DNA from: Callorhinchus milii
Taxonomy: Eukaryota
Direction of reading: 5' to 3'
DNA length: 64,000 nt
Assembly: GCF_018977255.1 (NCBI RefSeq)
Contig: NW_024704742.1
Span: forward strand, 73,410,001 to 73,474,000
Position 1 is the first letter of the stretch, and every line of letters begins with the position of its first letter. Under the pieces are notes generated by a model, which saw only the letters and a program-made list of their open reading frames with translations, was not told where the DNA came from and ran no database searches. Positions 37,557 to 50,586 of this stretch are shown in pieces. The position numbers and the translations under genes are program-made.

Positions 37557-38175
37557 TATTGCTACTATTCCACAATCTTGAGGAGGACCTTGAAGGAGGC
37601 GAGGGAATGGGCATGTTGAAGGGATCCTGGGATGGAGTTCCAGAAAGCAGCTCGACTCTGATGGTGGGTCAGATGGGGCGGGGGACATGAAGCAGGCTGA
37701 GTGGAGGGATGTATTGGGTTTGTAGATTTTAAAGAGGCCACAAAACGATGGAGGAATCCCCTTAGTGCAGGAAAGGAAATGAGCTGTAGAGTTCTGGATA
37801 GTTTGCAGTTTCTGAAGGAAAGAACAAGTAGTTCAGCAGCTATTTCGCACATAGCAATCTCCTACAATTTTATCTGGAGAATTTGGAAGATCAGAGGCTT
37901 GAAATTCCATCTAGTCCATGTCTGTCAAACCATTTTGTCTCGAAATTTAAAAATCCCTCAGAATTTTGGAAAATCCTTATATTTGAATTGTAATTTGGAA
38001 GCTGGTTGTTTTTAAAGATTGCAGGAAACAGCCATTATACAAGCTATATTATTAAGAATTTTCTTTAATTCTGAACAATCTTAAATTTATGTAGAAACTG
38101 GCTTTTATGGGCTAAAACCAGGTAGGAATTTCAAGCCTTTGAAATTTGGGGTCTTTGATACTTGGGTTCTTTTGT

Positions 38176-38525
38176 GGAGTTCTGTAGCTCAGTGGTTAGA
38201 GCATTTGCCTCGTAAGTGAGAGCACCTGGGATCGATTCTTGGGCAGGGCAAAATGTTGGGCAAGTTTCCTTACTCCACACTCCTCTGTTTACCTCGCAGT
38301 AAGTTGAAACCCGGGTGTTAGTCGATTGGTGGATCTTTTTCTTGGGGTAATAATCCGTTTATGTAAAAAAGTGGTCACTCAATCCATGACTGTTTGTGGG
38401 ACACTGTTGTGTGCAATTGGCTGCAAAATACAGTCAATTTACTTTACAGTATATTCTGTGGAGCGCTTTGAGACGTCTCAAAGATATGAAAAGCACTATA
38501 CTAAATGTAAGGATTATTATTATTA
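38176..38525 (+). mobile_element. tRNA-derived SINE (long subtype)
   Basis: ggagttctgtagctcagtggttagagc...ggattattattatt. Confidence 0.9.
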
Positions 38526-38569
38526 AATTCAAATTTAAAAATAATATGATGTTTACCGCCAATAAATTA

Positions 38570-38731
38570 CATTAAACTCCTGATAACTCGTCACTCCAAA
38601 GCAAAAGGGCTTTGTGCTGAGTTATTCGGAATGGTGACTTAGACATATGTATGAATACATAAATAAATGCAGCCGGGATACTGACAACATGTTGACTTAA
38701 GTGGTTGTGTCGAGTTATCAGGAGTTTACTA
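38570..38731. mobile_element. MITE with Tc1/mariner-pogo-like TIRs
   Basis: Perfect 18-bp inverted repeat taaactcctgataactcg (38573-38590) / cgagttatcaggagttta (38711-38728); TA on the left flank. Confidence 0.75.
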
Positions 38732-39737
38732 CAGTTGCATCAGTATGGCTTTGCACATAGTACAGTTGTACATTGAAGAGGATCAAGTACTCCCTAAGTT
38801 TCTGGCCAGAGAGCAAGTTTGGCAATGATTATCTAATATTGAAATCTAGTATTGGAGTCCAATAGGTCCAGAGAAGAATGTTGTGTTCCGAGATAAAATA
38901 ATAATCCTACTCTCTTTCGTTCCCCTCAATCGATTTGTTCACCAAACAGCTATCTCATTGCCTCCTGAATTTCCTGAGACAATCTGTCTCAACAGCTGGA
39001 TAGTCTACTCCACATGTACATCACTCTTTATGTAAAGGTATGTATTGAAAAGCAGCAGCAGCAGCAACAACAGCATGAACAGGAGTTGAAGAGGTATCAG
39101 AGGTGGATTTTGATTGAAAATTGATTAGCAATTGAACTGCAATGGCTTGAGTTTTAGTTTACAGATATCAACTGATGATTTATTTGGAATTCTTGCCTCT
39201 TTCAGTTCAGCATATGACTTATATTTTTAAGGTCTTTTTGGAGGTGGGGAAAAGCATGTAATCAAAGAAACTGTAAATATTGAACAAACAAGACATGTAC
39301 ATATTTATATATGCATTGCATAAATCGCATACAATACATATTTATACATAGAAAATAATGTATTACATGTAGGTAAAGTACATGCAGTAATAAAACTTGT
39401 AGAAAAATGTTGGGAGCACTCCGAATTTGGGCAAATTGTTGAATTCAGGTTTATCGTTGAAGTTGTTTTTTCTGCAGATCTTAAAAGGAACTTACAGAAA
39501 CAGGCTTCAAAATTGGATTTAAAGATTTGCCAATTTCTGGACATTGAACTGCTACACAAATATACCTTGGTCAATCTAGACCAAGGTGGAATGTCTAGCT
39601 CTGTATTTGTATATAAAAACAATCTCTGAGTATTTAAATAAGCCTGAATGGTGTCAATCCTGTTTACTAACACAAGCTGGCATATAAAAGCAGAGGTGTT
39701 GGCAATCCATACCAAGTCAATCAACTTCCAAAGAAAA

Positions 39738-40055
39738 AATAATAATAATAATCCTTGCATTTGATATAGCCCTTTTCTCGTCTTCTAGACGTCTCAAAGC
39801 GCTTCACAGAATATGCTGTAAAGGTAATTGACTGTATATTTGTAGGCGAAACGTGGCAGCTAATTGCGCACAGCAATCTCCCACAAACAGTCTTGGATTG
39901 AAAATGATCAATTTATTATTGTTTTTGCTTTGGGGGGATTATTATTCGGTGTGTCGAGTAAGGAAACTTGCCCAAGGTTTCGCCCTCTGCCTGGAATTGA
40001 ACCCAGGTGTCTTGCTTGCAAGGCCATTGCTCTATCCATTGAGCTACAAGACTCC
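39738..40055 (-). mobile_element. tRNA-derived SINE (short subtype)
   Basis: Full length, ends gagctacaagactcc. Confidence 0.9.
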
Positions 40056-40807
40056 AAGTTTCAGGCATGTTCCTTCACTGGAATATAATTTGGGTTTGAA
40101 ACACTGCACCTTTTTTTTCTTTTTGAGATGCTTCGCCTTCAGGTTTCATTCCAGTACTTGTAGCTTTTCTTAGATAAATTGATCATTCACCTCAAGGCTC
40201 TTTTTGTGACCATGTTGTAGCTGCTGTATTTTGCCTACAAAAGCAGTTACTGCACTTGAGAGTAATTACTGTAAAGCATTATTAGATGTTTCAACATGAT
40301 GAGGCACTATAAAAATGCATGTTCTTACGTTTCTTTTCAAATGAAAGCCTGTTTTGCATGATGGTTTTAATTCTGTATAGTCAAAAATGCTTTTGGCAGC
40401 TTCAAAAACATTCCGGTAAGTGCTTATTAAGAAGTCAATTGTTGGAATGTTGCAATCCACCTAGGATATTGAGTAGGCAAGACAATTGTTTCCAGAGAAA
40501 CCAAAAACACTTAGGTTTATAAATGTAATTATTTTAGTATGGATTAGAACAAAGTATAGATCATTTTAGAAGCAAATACAATTTTGAGTACTGTATAAAA
40601 AATACTTTTCCATAGGATTGTTGTGGGAAAATACTGTACTACCATTTGTTTGATTGATACATGCTTATGATTTTTTTATTTTGGCTTGGTTGGTACGAAA
40701 CCCAAATATGTATGTGCCTGTACTTGAACTGGGAGGCTTCAGCAAACTAACAGACTACCAGCCTCTTCCCTTCACGAGCTGCAGACTATTCAGAATTTCC
40801 CAAACCA

Positions 40808-41168
40808 ATAATAATAAAAATGATAATCCTTGCAATTGATATAGCGCCTTATCACGTTTCAAAGAGCTTCACGGAATATACTATAAAGTGAATTGACTAT
40901 ATTTTGTGTGCGAAACATGGCAGTCAATTGCACACAGCAGTGTCCCCCAAACAGTTGTGAATTGAGTGACCAAATTTTTTTTTTAATGGATTATTACCCC
41001 CGGAAAAGCAATCCACCAATCGACTAACAACCGGGGTCCTATTTATTGCTGGGTAAACAGAGGCGTGTGGCGTAAGGAAACTTGCCTAACTTTTTGACCT
41101 GCTGGGGAATCGAACCCAGGTCCCCTCGCTTGCGAGGTGAGTACTGTAGCCAGTATACTACAGGACTG
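40808..41168 (-). mobile_element. tRNA-derived SINE (long subtype)
   Basis: gggaatcgaacccagg (reverse-complemented B box), ctacaggact end. Confidence 0.88.
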
Positions 41169-42584
41169 CAATTTACTGTCGATCTGAGCTATCTACCTTC
41201 ATGGTAACCTATTGAACCGTTAAGGATTACCTTAAAATGTCAGATATTAAGACACAAGAAATGAAAACATAAACTGCAAGTTTTTCAAGTCAATCTAAAA
41301 TTCTAGTTCAGACGAAATACGTAAAATGGTATTTATGCAATTTCCTACATATGAATCTAATCTGGTATGAGCAATCTTACATCATTTACCATTCAATTCC
41401 TCAGCACAATCATAAACAGTTTTATAATACATAGACTGCCTGGAACAATTTATCATATAAAGTTGATCTGTATCTGGCTAATGTTATTCGTTACACAACA
41501 CTGGAAGTTCCATTACTGCCTTTATATTCTCCAGGACATCTATCTTGGTATTATTGATTAAAGTGCAGCAAATTTGCTGTGCAACAGAATTCAACCATTA
41601 TTAAACCACTTAAAGGATCACAATAATTCATTGCTATGATATTTTATAGGGGTACTGATTTTGCACAAAAATGTCCCAAACTCTTTGATTTGGGACAAAA
41701 CACATACCTCATTTTAATTATGGTATTGCACCGAAAGTGAATGAGAATATATTTGTTATGATTTACATCATCATTTGTAAGTAACGGAAGAAAGGCTTGG
41801 CACACAGTTTTTTTTATTTCAAGCATTTCTTGAAGCAAATAATCTCCAACTGCATTACTGCATGCAGGAATCTGAGAACATTCCATGTTGTCCAGCTAGG
41901 ACCACTCAATACTTTAAGCTTTTGGCTTTCAAGGATCAGGACATGTTAACACCTCCAAGTTTAACTTGGAGTGTTGCAGGCCTCTTTGGTTCTGTCAATG
42001 TATGTCTGCTTGGAGAGCCACACTTTGCCTCACTTCCACTGGCTGAGGATATCTCTATAGATATTTTCATAGAATGGGATCAAATAGTTCAAAAAGGCCT
42101 TCTTCATCTGAACCTATCGTGTGATGATATGATTGTATGGTATTTTTGAAGCTTATAGGAGTTTTGAATCAGAGCGTTGTTTTAGCAGTGTTAGGGAAGA
42201 AAAAACTTAACTAGCATGTCAAACTAATAGATAGAACAATTTCCATACCTTAGCGTATTTTATATAATTATACCTGAAGGGAAAATAAACTTGCTTTCAT
42301 TTTGTTGTGAACCAGGCAATTGCTCTCCTTAAGTCTAACAGTAAACTGCACTACTTTATAATTTAAGGTGATCTCTTTAGCACACTGCATGTGAAGATGT
42401 CATTGGTGTACAGTAATTCTGTTTGACTGCTTCAATTAATTGTGGATTACTTTTGTTCAGTGTACTTCAGATATAATCAAATGTTCTGAGAAAATCCTGT
42501 TTGACAGCAAATATGCTAGCAGAGCTTTCTTCAGTGATGATGGTGGCCCCAAGGTATGATCTGGAAATTGTAGACTTCAAGGGT

Positions 42585-43621
42585 AACAACAACAAAATTA
42601 CATTTGTAAAGCGCCTTTCACATTGGGAGGATGTCCCAAGGCGCTGAACAGTCAGGGATCAGGACATGAGCTGGGGGCAGGGTTGGGATGAGGGAGGGCA
42701 AAGTGGGTAGAAGGGTGGCTGAAGGTACGGTCAAAAAGGAGGATCTTGAGCCGTGCCTTGAAGGAGGCAAGAGAAGGAGCAAGATGAAGGGATTATGGGA
42801 TGGAGTTCCAAAGGGTGGGGACAGAGAGGCTGAAAGCCAGGCCACCGATGGTAGGTCGGGTCGGGCGGGAGATATGGAGCAGGCCAGAGCCTGCTGAATG
42901 GAGAGAGTGGACAGGTTGATAGGGATTTAGCAGGTCAGCGATGTAGGGCAGGGCGGGGCCATGGAAGGCCTTGAAAGTGAGGATGAGGATTTTAAATTCT
43001 ATCCTCTGAGGGATGGGGAGCCAGTGGAGTCGGGCGAGGGTGGGGGTGATGGGGTCATGGAGCCTGGTGTTGGAGAAGACACGAGCTGCAGAGTTCTGGA
43101 TGATCTACAGCTTGTGGAGGGAAGCGATGGGGAGGCCAACAAAGAGGGAGTTTCCATAGTCGAGCCTTGAGGTAACGAATGCGTATATGAGGGTGGCCTG
43201 AGATGTGAGACAGAATGTGGGGGAGAAAGATCAGTTGAGGGTCGAACAAGATGCCCTGGTACCTGGCTGGCTTGGTGAGATGGAGTGTGCATCCATGGAT
43301 GCTGATGCTGCCAGTGCCTGAGATGCTGAGGCGCTGGTGTGAGCCAATCAGGAGGGCCTCAGTCTTGCTGATATTCAGCTGTAGAAAGTTGGCTCTCATC
43401 CGGGACTTGATGTCTGTCAGACAATCGGTCAGTTGTCCTGGAATTGAGGGTGGAGGCAGTGAGAAAGATTTGGGTGTCATCCACATACATGTGGAAGTTG
43501 ACCCCATGTCTGCGGATGATGTTATCAAGGGGGAGCATGTAGAGGTTAAAGAAGAGGGGACTGAGGACAGAGCCCTGAGGAACACCGCACAAGACTGTGC
43601 GGGAGCTGGAAGAGAAACCAT
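42585..43621 (-). mobile_element. 5'-truncated decayed L2 LINE
   Basis: [20 protein letters not shown]...MYVDDTQI; (AAC)n tail at 42585. Confidence 0.92.
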
Positions 43622-44539
43622 TACTTTTTGTACATTCTCAAGACAACAGGTTTAGACCAATTACCAATACCTATAAATTAAAGTGCTACAGCCAAGTGAA
43701 ACTGTTGGAAATCTTTTTGTCTTGAGTTTAAAATAGTCTATTAAAGATTGATCTTTGTAACATATTAGTATTCTTTGCATCTTTTTCTCTCTGCTTCAAC
43801 TCAGAGTTTAGTCTAAATTGTAACTGATTTTCTTGTGAAGTAAGTTAGATTTTCAGACTGAAAATGCAAAAGCTGATAATGGAAATGTATGTGTGTTTCT
43901 TAAGTCTACAAACTACTTAATTAAAATCTTGGTTTGTGAATCTTGCAACGTTCCAAAAACCAATAGAGACATAACAAAGCACTTTGATCCTGAGTACTTT
44001 ATTATGCAAAACTTTAAATCAGGATAGAGGTGACATAGGAGGATGCCTATTTTGTATTTGGTTATCATTTCAATTTGCTGGATCTAGCAATTTGAAGGAT
44101 TGAACTCAGAAGGTTACATATTCAGAACCGTGAAGACAGATGAACAAAGTGGAATGAGTACAGCTGAGGGTCAGATTACAAAAACAGCTAGAAGCAATCA
44201 TGAGAAAAAAAATCTCATGGTTTCATGTGGAGAAAAGACAGCAGGCAATGAATTGAAGAAATGCATGACTTCAAGTAAAACAAACACAAAGGAAAAGCAA
44301 CATTTGCTTATAAATAGAAAAAAATTAAAAATGTCCAGAAAATAATTAATGTACTGAAGCTCAAAACAAGAGACAAGTATGACAAAGGAAATGGTGGAAC
44401 GAGCAGAAACTCTGATAGTGATGATGAAGAGGGACAGCTGGCTTGTTTCTGTTTTGTCAGAAATTTTATGGCTGCACTATCATTCCAAAAAGATGGAAAG
44501 AGTCAAAATGATTTAGCCTGTTTTCCTATGTTCCTATAG

Positions 44540-45270
44540 ATAGATGCTTGGGTAGAGAGGCATTAAAGGAATATGGTGAAAAGGCAAGGTATTGGGATTA
44601 AAATATCTGGCAAAATCTGACAAAGCTGGTGGAACAGTCTCTATGGGCTAAATGGCCTCCTCCTGTTTCCGTTTTGCAGAGTACAAAAGCAAAACAATTA
44701 TGCTAAGTTTGTACAAATCATTAGTTAGACCGCAACTGGAGTACTGTGTTCAGCTTTGGGCACCTCAATTAAGTTCTTAGGGAGAGTGCAGAGGAGATAT
44801 ACAAGAATGATACCAGGATTGAGGAGCTACAGTTACGAGGAAGACTGGAGAAGTTGGCTCTGTTTTCATTGGAGCAGAGAAGCTTGGGAAGGGACCTGAT
44901 AGAAATCTACAGAATTCTGAAGGAGATTGACTGGGTAAATAGAAAACAGCTATTTCCTCTGGTATGGCAGTCAATGACTAAGGACCACAGTTATAAAATA
45001 GTCACAAGAGGAATGAAAGTAGAGCTTAGAGGAAATGTTTTCACTCAAAGAGTTGTTGGTATGTGGAAATCCCTGTGATATAAAGTGATAGAGACAGAGG
45101 GTTTCAAGAAGGAAGTGGACAGATATATGAAAGAAAGAGGCTTGAAAGGGTAATGATAATAAGGCAGGGCAGTGGGATTGAATGAACACATAGCTGTGAG
45201 AGCCAATGCAAACTTGATGGGCTGAATGGCTTCCTTCTTTGCTGTAAATTTCCATAATTCTATGATTCAA
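44540..45270 (+). mobile_element. CR1 3' ends (two adjacent fragments)
   Basis: gttagaccgcaactggagtactgtgttcag, cagaggagatatacaagaatgatacc, FTQRVVGMW, gatgggctgaatggc...ttctatgattc tail. Confidence 0.87.
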
Positions 45271-47608
45271 TTCTTGGGCAAAAATGTCTGAGTCAAGGGA
45301 CTCCATCTTTATTTACAAGGGCAGTTCGTTTTAATATTGGATTGGTAAAGATGTAATGACAATTTTAGAGTTTTTTTTTACAAAAATGATGCAGAAAAAG
45401 CTGACAAGTTCCTTTCTTAACCAAAAACATTTGCTGGAAATTAAAATTTCAACAGAATCAACGTGAGTTTTGTTGGCAGGCTAAAATCAATGTACCTGTT
45501 TTGACAGGAGCATCTATTTATAGTCACACAAGGGATACAAAACAACAGCATCAGTTTAGTTTTCATCTACAGCCTGGAGACAGGACTAAGCAGTATGCTA
45601 CGGTATCTGGGTTGACAGTGTCAATTCAGAGTTATTCAACACAAAGAGTTTTTGGTTCTTTGCTACCAGGATAAAGGGAAGGTCTACGATAATTTGTTTT
45701 AAAAACGGGGCCCATTTTTTGCATGAACAAGTGTTCAGCAAACCTTTTTCATTTGATCGTGGAACAAGCGTATCAGGCACGGAATATAGCATGAAGTTAC
45801 ATTCATTGTGTTGGAGCGTAACATTGCCCACCTTTGTGTGAGATTCTAACACAAGGCATGCTATCTACTGAAGAGGAAAAGATTGGCTGAACACTTTCTT
45901 ATGAAGATGTATTTGTTTTGACCTCAATACCCAAGTCTGAACTACAGCATCTTGTTAGAAAATCGCCTAACATTTAACGCTTTTTCTATTTGGAAAAAGC
46001 AGCCGTTTTCTCTTTTGAAGAAATTGTTATAACAACATTTAATAGTCCATACCTTGATATTGTTGTATATAGTATATAAATCCTAGAGCCTTTTAGAGGA
46101 TTTCATAAAAATATTTTTTTTACCAATATTTAAAGGAAGACTATGTGATAGTATGCATAAAATTACATTTATAAAAATCCTTGTATTTGATATAACACTT
46201 TTTACATCGGGAGGATGTCTCAAAGCAATTTCAATGTAGTGACTGTGTATTTTGCAGGCAAACTCGGCAAACAAAATATCCCACAAAACAGCAGTGAGAA
46301 GACCAAAATTGCATTTTACTCAGCATCAGGCAGTAGGAGAAGACGTACCAGGAAACTGAATTAATTGAAATCTAGCATAGTATTTTTTGTTCCACATATG
46401 AAATAAAATTCACCAGACACTGAATTATTCCAGGAATTGGAGCATTCCAGATGAGCTCCCAGGCTTCTCAAAAGGTCCCGACCCCCCTAAATTCAGCAAA
46501 GTCATATGGGATGCAGCCATCTCCTTATTATAAGAAACAAAAATGTGATGGGCTAATCCATGAGGGGGCAGGTCCCATACTGTGGAGGACATTCATGGTA
46601 ACATGAAAAAAAATGTTTCATTAAGGTTGTTTCTATGTCCAGTGGAAACGCTTTATATCCTCTTTACAAACATCGCATCCAAACTGATTTTCTGATTCTT
46701 GGTAGTTCCATAAATAGACTAAAATGTTCACCTTCAATACTTATGTTAGATACTTATCCATTGAAAGCTATTCAGCCTCACAGTTAAAATAAAACATTTA
46801 ATAAATTTCTATCTTGCTGGATTTTGTAAGCTTTGACCTCATGTACTGTGATACCGAAACCAGTATTTATATATTCACTAAAGAATCAGTTATAGCTTTA
46901 TTACTGTAATAATTACCCCAAATAACTAATATTAACTTTGATATAAAACTGTGATTAGAAATAAAAATATACAGGATGAATGAAAGTCCTTACGCGTAGG
47001 TCTATATGAGATGTTCAAACTGCTGCCATGTAGACAGATGTTTACACATATCAACTTGGTGACAAAAACTTTCATGAACCCAATGAAAAACATCTCCTGT
47101 AATAACTGCACAAATATTATCTTAAAAAAGAACATAATCAATAATTAAAACCTCAATGAGTAAAGACTTCTGATTTACCCTATTCAAACTCTTGATCCCT
47201 GTTGTCCTTTCTTCCTCACTATTCTTTCTTACTTCCTCTTCTTTCCGTATCTGTTTTTTAAAATTTAATGATGTACTTTATTTTCCTAAAATGTCAAACT
47301 TGAGGACTTACCTACTTATTTCTTCCCAGCTCCCAATGTCTCGTTTGGAGGTAAAATTAACTTTGAAATTGCTTCTGGCTGGTCAAAAAATGGCTTTAAA
47401 ACTGCAGTACAACACAATTATATTTATTTAGTGCCTTTCATGTTGGGAAGATGTCCCAAAGTGCTTAGCTCTGTTGGTTGAGCATCCAAGCTGGGAGTAG
47501 AAGACTCTCTTGGTTTTCAGACATAGAATCTGGAAGGCAGTGATTGATATTGAGGTATAATCAATATAAAACGGCTGTTTCTGAAGTATGTACATGGAGG
47601 TTCTTTAT

Positions 47609-47965
47609 GGAGTCCTGTAGCTTAGTGGTTGGAGCACTCACCTCAGAAGCGAGAGGACCTGGGTTCGAATCCCGGCAGGGCGAAACGTTGGGCAAGTTTC
47701 CTTACTCCACAGGCCTCTGTTTACCTAGCATTAAGTAGGAACCTGGCTGTTAGTCGATTGGTGAATTTTTTTCAGAGGTAACAATCCCTTCAAAAAACAA
47801 AAACAAAAATAATAATGTGATCACTCAATCCCCATGTTTGTGGGACACAGCTGTGAGCAATTGGCTGTGGGTTTCGCCCACAAAATATATACAGTCAATT
47901 CACTTTACAGTGTATTCTGTGAAGACATGACAAGATGCTATATCAAATGCAAGAATTATTATTAT
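47609..47965 (+). mobile_element. tRNA-derived SINE (long subtype)
   Basis: ggagtcctgtagcttagtggtt...gggttcgaatcccgg. Confidence 0.9.
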
Positions 47966-48752
47966 CAAAGGCAGTTAACAACAGGAGCAGTTTGCCAGGT
48001 TGAGGGAAGGATACTGGATTCTTTTATGTAACAGCTTGATGCGATAATGGGGTGATAATAGGGATGAGGTCAGATGGGTGGACAGCCCCTTCTCTATCTG
48101 AACCTTCTTGTGATCTTCTGACCTTATGAAAAGCTGAGAGTTTAATGAGTTCTGGGAAGCGAATCATTGTGGTTTGCACTTGCCATGGTTATTCTGCAGC
48201 AGTGTACAGTGTGGGCAATTCTCACTTTTCAGCTTCCATTTATATTACGCGTTAGGTGGTAATCCATTTCCAAGATTGCTGCAATTCGCTCCTGAACATC
48301 CTGTATAAATACATCATTGAATCACTTTCTGCTTCCACAGGCAAAATAGATTTCAGCTATATTACTACATTGGTGTGTGAATACTGCAACCTGCATTCTA
48401 TTGTTAAGGATCAGTAAAACATTCAATTATTAAATATCAGCATTGAAAATTAAAAAATATATATATTGAGAGTGAAGAACAGCCATACTTTTGTCCTAGT
48501 TCCATTTCTGAATAGAGTTCAATTGAACTGTGCTCGGCTAAGGGACTGTTCTATTATAAGACTTCAATTGTGTGTGAGAGGAAGCTTGTGGCCGTGTAAT
48601 TACAACAATAGTCTGAATCACCTTCCTTGGAAAGGGAATATTTTTACAATTTGCGGAGTATTACCAGCAATGGTTCACCAGCTCCTCCCTAGTGTTTAAT
48701 TGGCATATTCTGCTGCCTTGTCACTCATTATATATTTGAGTCAGGGTATTAA

Positions 48753-49490
48753 ATAACAACAACAGCTTGCATTTATAAAGCGCTGCTCATGCAGGGTAGC
48801 GTCCCAAAGCGCTTGACAGTAGTGGAGCACAATGCTATAGGCACATTCAAAAAGAAAGGTCTTCATGCGCGATCTGAAGACGGGGAAGGAAGGGTCAAGG
48901 CAAAGAGATAGAGGAGGAGTGTTTCATAGTTTCGGGGCATAGTGGCTGCAAATGCGGCCACTGATGGTGGAACGGATGGCATGAGGGACATGCAGGAGGC
49001 CAGAGCCAGTTGAGCGAAGACAGCGATTAGTGGGTTGAGGAGTAAGCAGGTCAGAGATGTAGGGAGGTGCCAGGGCATGAAGGGATTTGAAAACAAGTGT
49101 GAGGATTTTGAAATTTATCCATTCTGTGATAGGGAGCCAGTGGAGCCTGGCTAGAATCGATGTGATGGGGGTGCGGAATTTTGTATGGGTGAGTATGTGG
49201 ACGACGGAAGTTGGGATCAGCAGAATCTTGTGGATGGTGGAGCTGGGGAGATCGGTGAAGAGGGCATTTAAAAAGTAGAGTTGGGAGGTCACTAACTCAT
49301 GGACCAGTGTTTCAGCTGCGTCTGGGATAAGGTATGGTTGGAGGCGAGTAATATGGTGGAGGTGGAGAAAGGCGGTCCTGGTCAGGGACCAGATGTGGGG
49401 AAGGAAGAACAGCTGTGGGTTAAACTTCACCCTTAGGTTGTGCACTGGTTCGGTGATTTTGAGGGAAAGGCTGGGGAAGTTGAGCTCAGC
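48753..49490 (-). mobile_element. Decayed L2 3' part
   Basis: LHWLPITEWINFKILTLVFKSLHALAPPYISDLL; (AAC)n tail. Confidence 0.88.
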
Positions 49491-50509
49491 ATTGCACTGG
49501 ACTTTCAGCCTGGATTATGATCTTGAAATCCTGACAATAGCTCCTTGGGACATCCTCCCGACTTGAAAGTCGCTATACAAATGTAATTATTTTGCTGTTG
49601 TTTGTTGCTGTTAAACCCACAAACGTCTGACTCGGAGGTGAGTGTATCACCAACTGAGCCAGGCTAAAAATGTTTTCTAGCCTTCCCATTTTTGCTGTGC
49701 CTGATATTATGAGTTTATGATACTGTTGAAGCAACTAGTGAAAATCATCTTTCACAATTTATCCTCTCAGAGCCTTTTAGAATTTTAAAGATTTAATTCC
49801 TTTCTACTCCTAAACTGGGGATGCAGTGAACAACTATTAGAGATTTCCATTACAAATTACAAGACTAAGCATGGTAGTGGATTTCTGCACAGGTCAGACA
49901 CAGGTCAGACATCAAACAAAATAGCTTACCCTACTGAAATTGGTAATTTCCTCTACACTACTCATAGGATCTGATCAGTCTTTCTATGCCACAACAGCCA
50001 GAACTACATGCAGTACTGACCAGAGCATGATATAGCTTAATCATGAGTTTGGCAATATTTAATACAGCATCCTGTTTGCTTTGCTCATTGCTGCTTCACA
50101 AAGTTCTCCCATAGGGAGCAATAAGTCAACTCACACACCTCTGTTTCTTTCAACTTCCCTCCTGCCAATTACTATCTATGGAGTACATATGTTTATTTCC
50201 TATATGCAATTTCTTCTCTGAGGAGTGGGAGACAGGTTCAAAGGTTTGGAGGAGGGATGGGAGCGGCCAGTGTGGGTGGGGAAGATGGGAAGCACCAATA
50301 TGTTCTCACCTACTATTTTATTTAGAGATGTAAAAAAAATATTTAGTTATGCAATTTGACTAGCTCCACATAGTATTTTGTCAAACACCTTTTGGGTGTT
50401 TCCTACTGTGAAAGTGGGATGCCAATTCCTCAAAAATGTCAACGAGATTCGTCTTCCCAGTGTTCCTGTACAAAAACAATGCTGGAGGGCTAGTCCGTGT
50501 GTGATGGAA

Positions 50510-50586
50510 GCAGTGAGTGACAAAGGAGAGTGAGAGGCAGTGAATGACAAGAGGAGAGTGAGAGGCAGTGAGTGACAGAGGAGACT
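50510..50586. repeat. Minisatellite, ~3 copies of a 27-28-bp unit gcagtgagtgacaaaggagagtgagag
   Basis: Seen directly. Confidence 0.85.

Noticed and set aside
39050..39125. (CAG)n run giving KQQQQQQQHEQELKRYQRW
   Set aside because: Short, no polypyrimidine acceptor, adjacent to a CR1 remnant; likely a simple repeat
39305..39760. 151-aa minus ORF with a hydrophobic start
   Set aside because: The start and apparent signal peptide come from a SINE (ATT)n tail; no recognisable domain
50510..50586. 27-28-bp repeats as a CRISPR-like array
   Set aside because: Head-to-tail with no spacers, in eukaryotic context; a minisatellite
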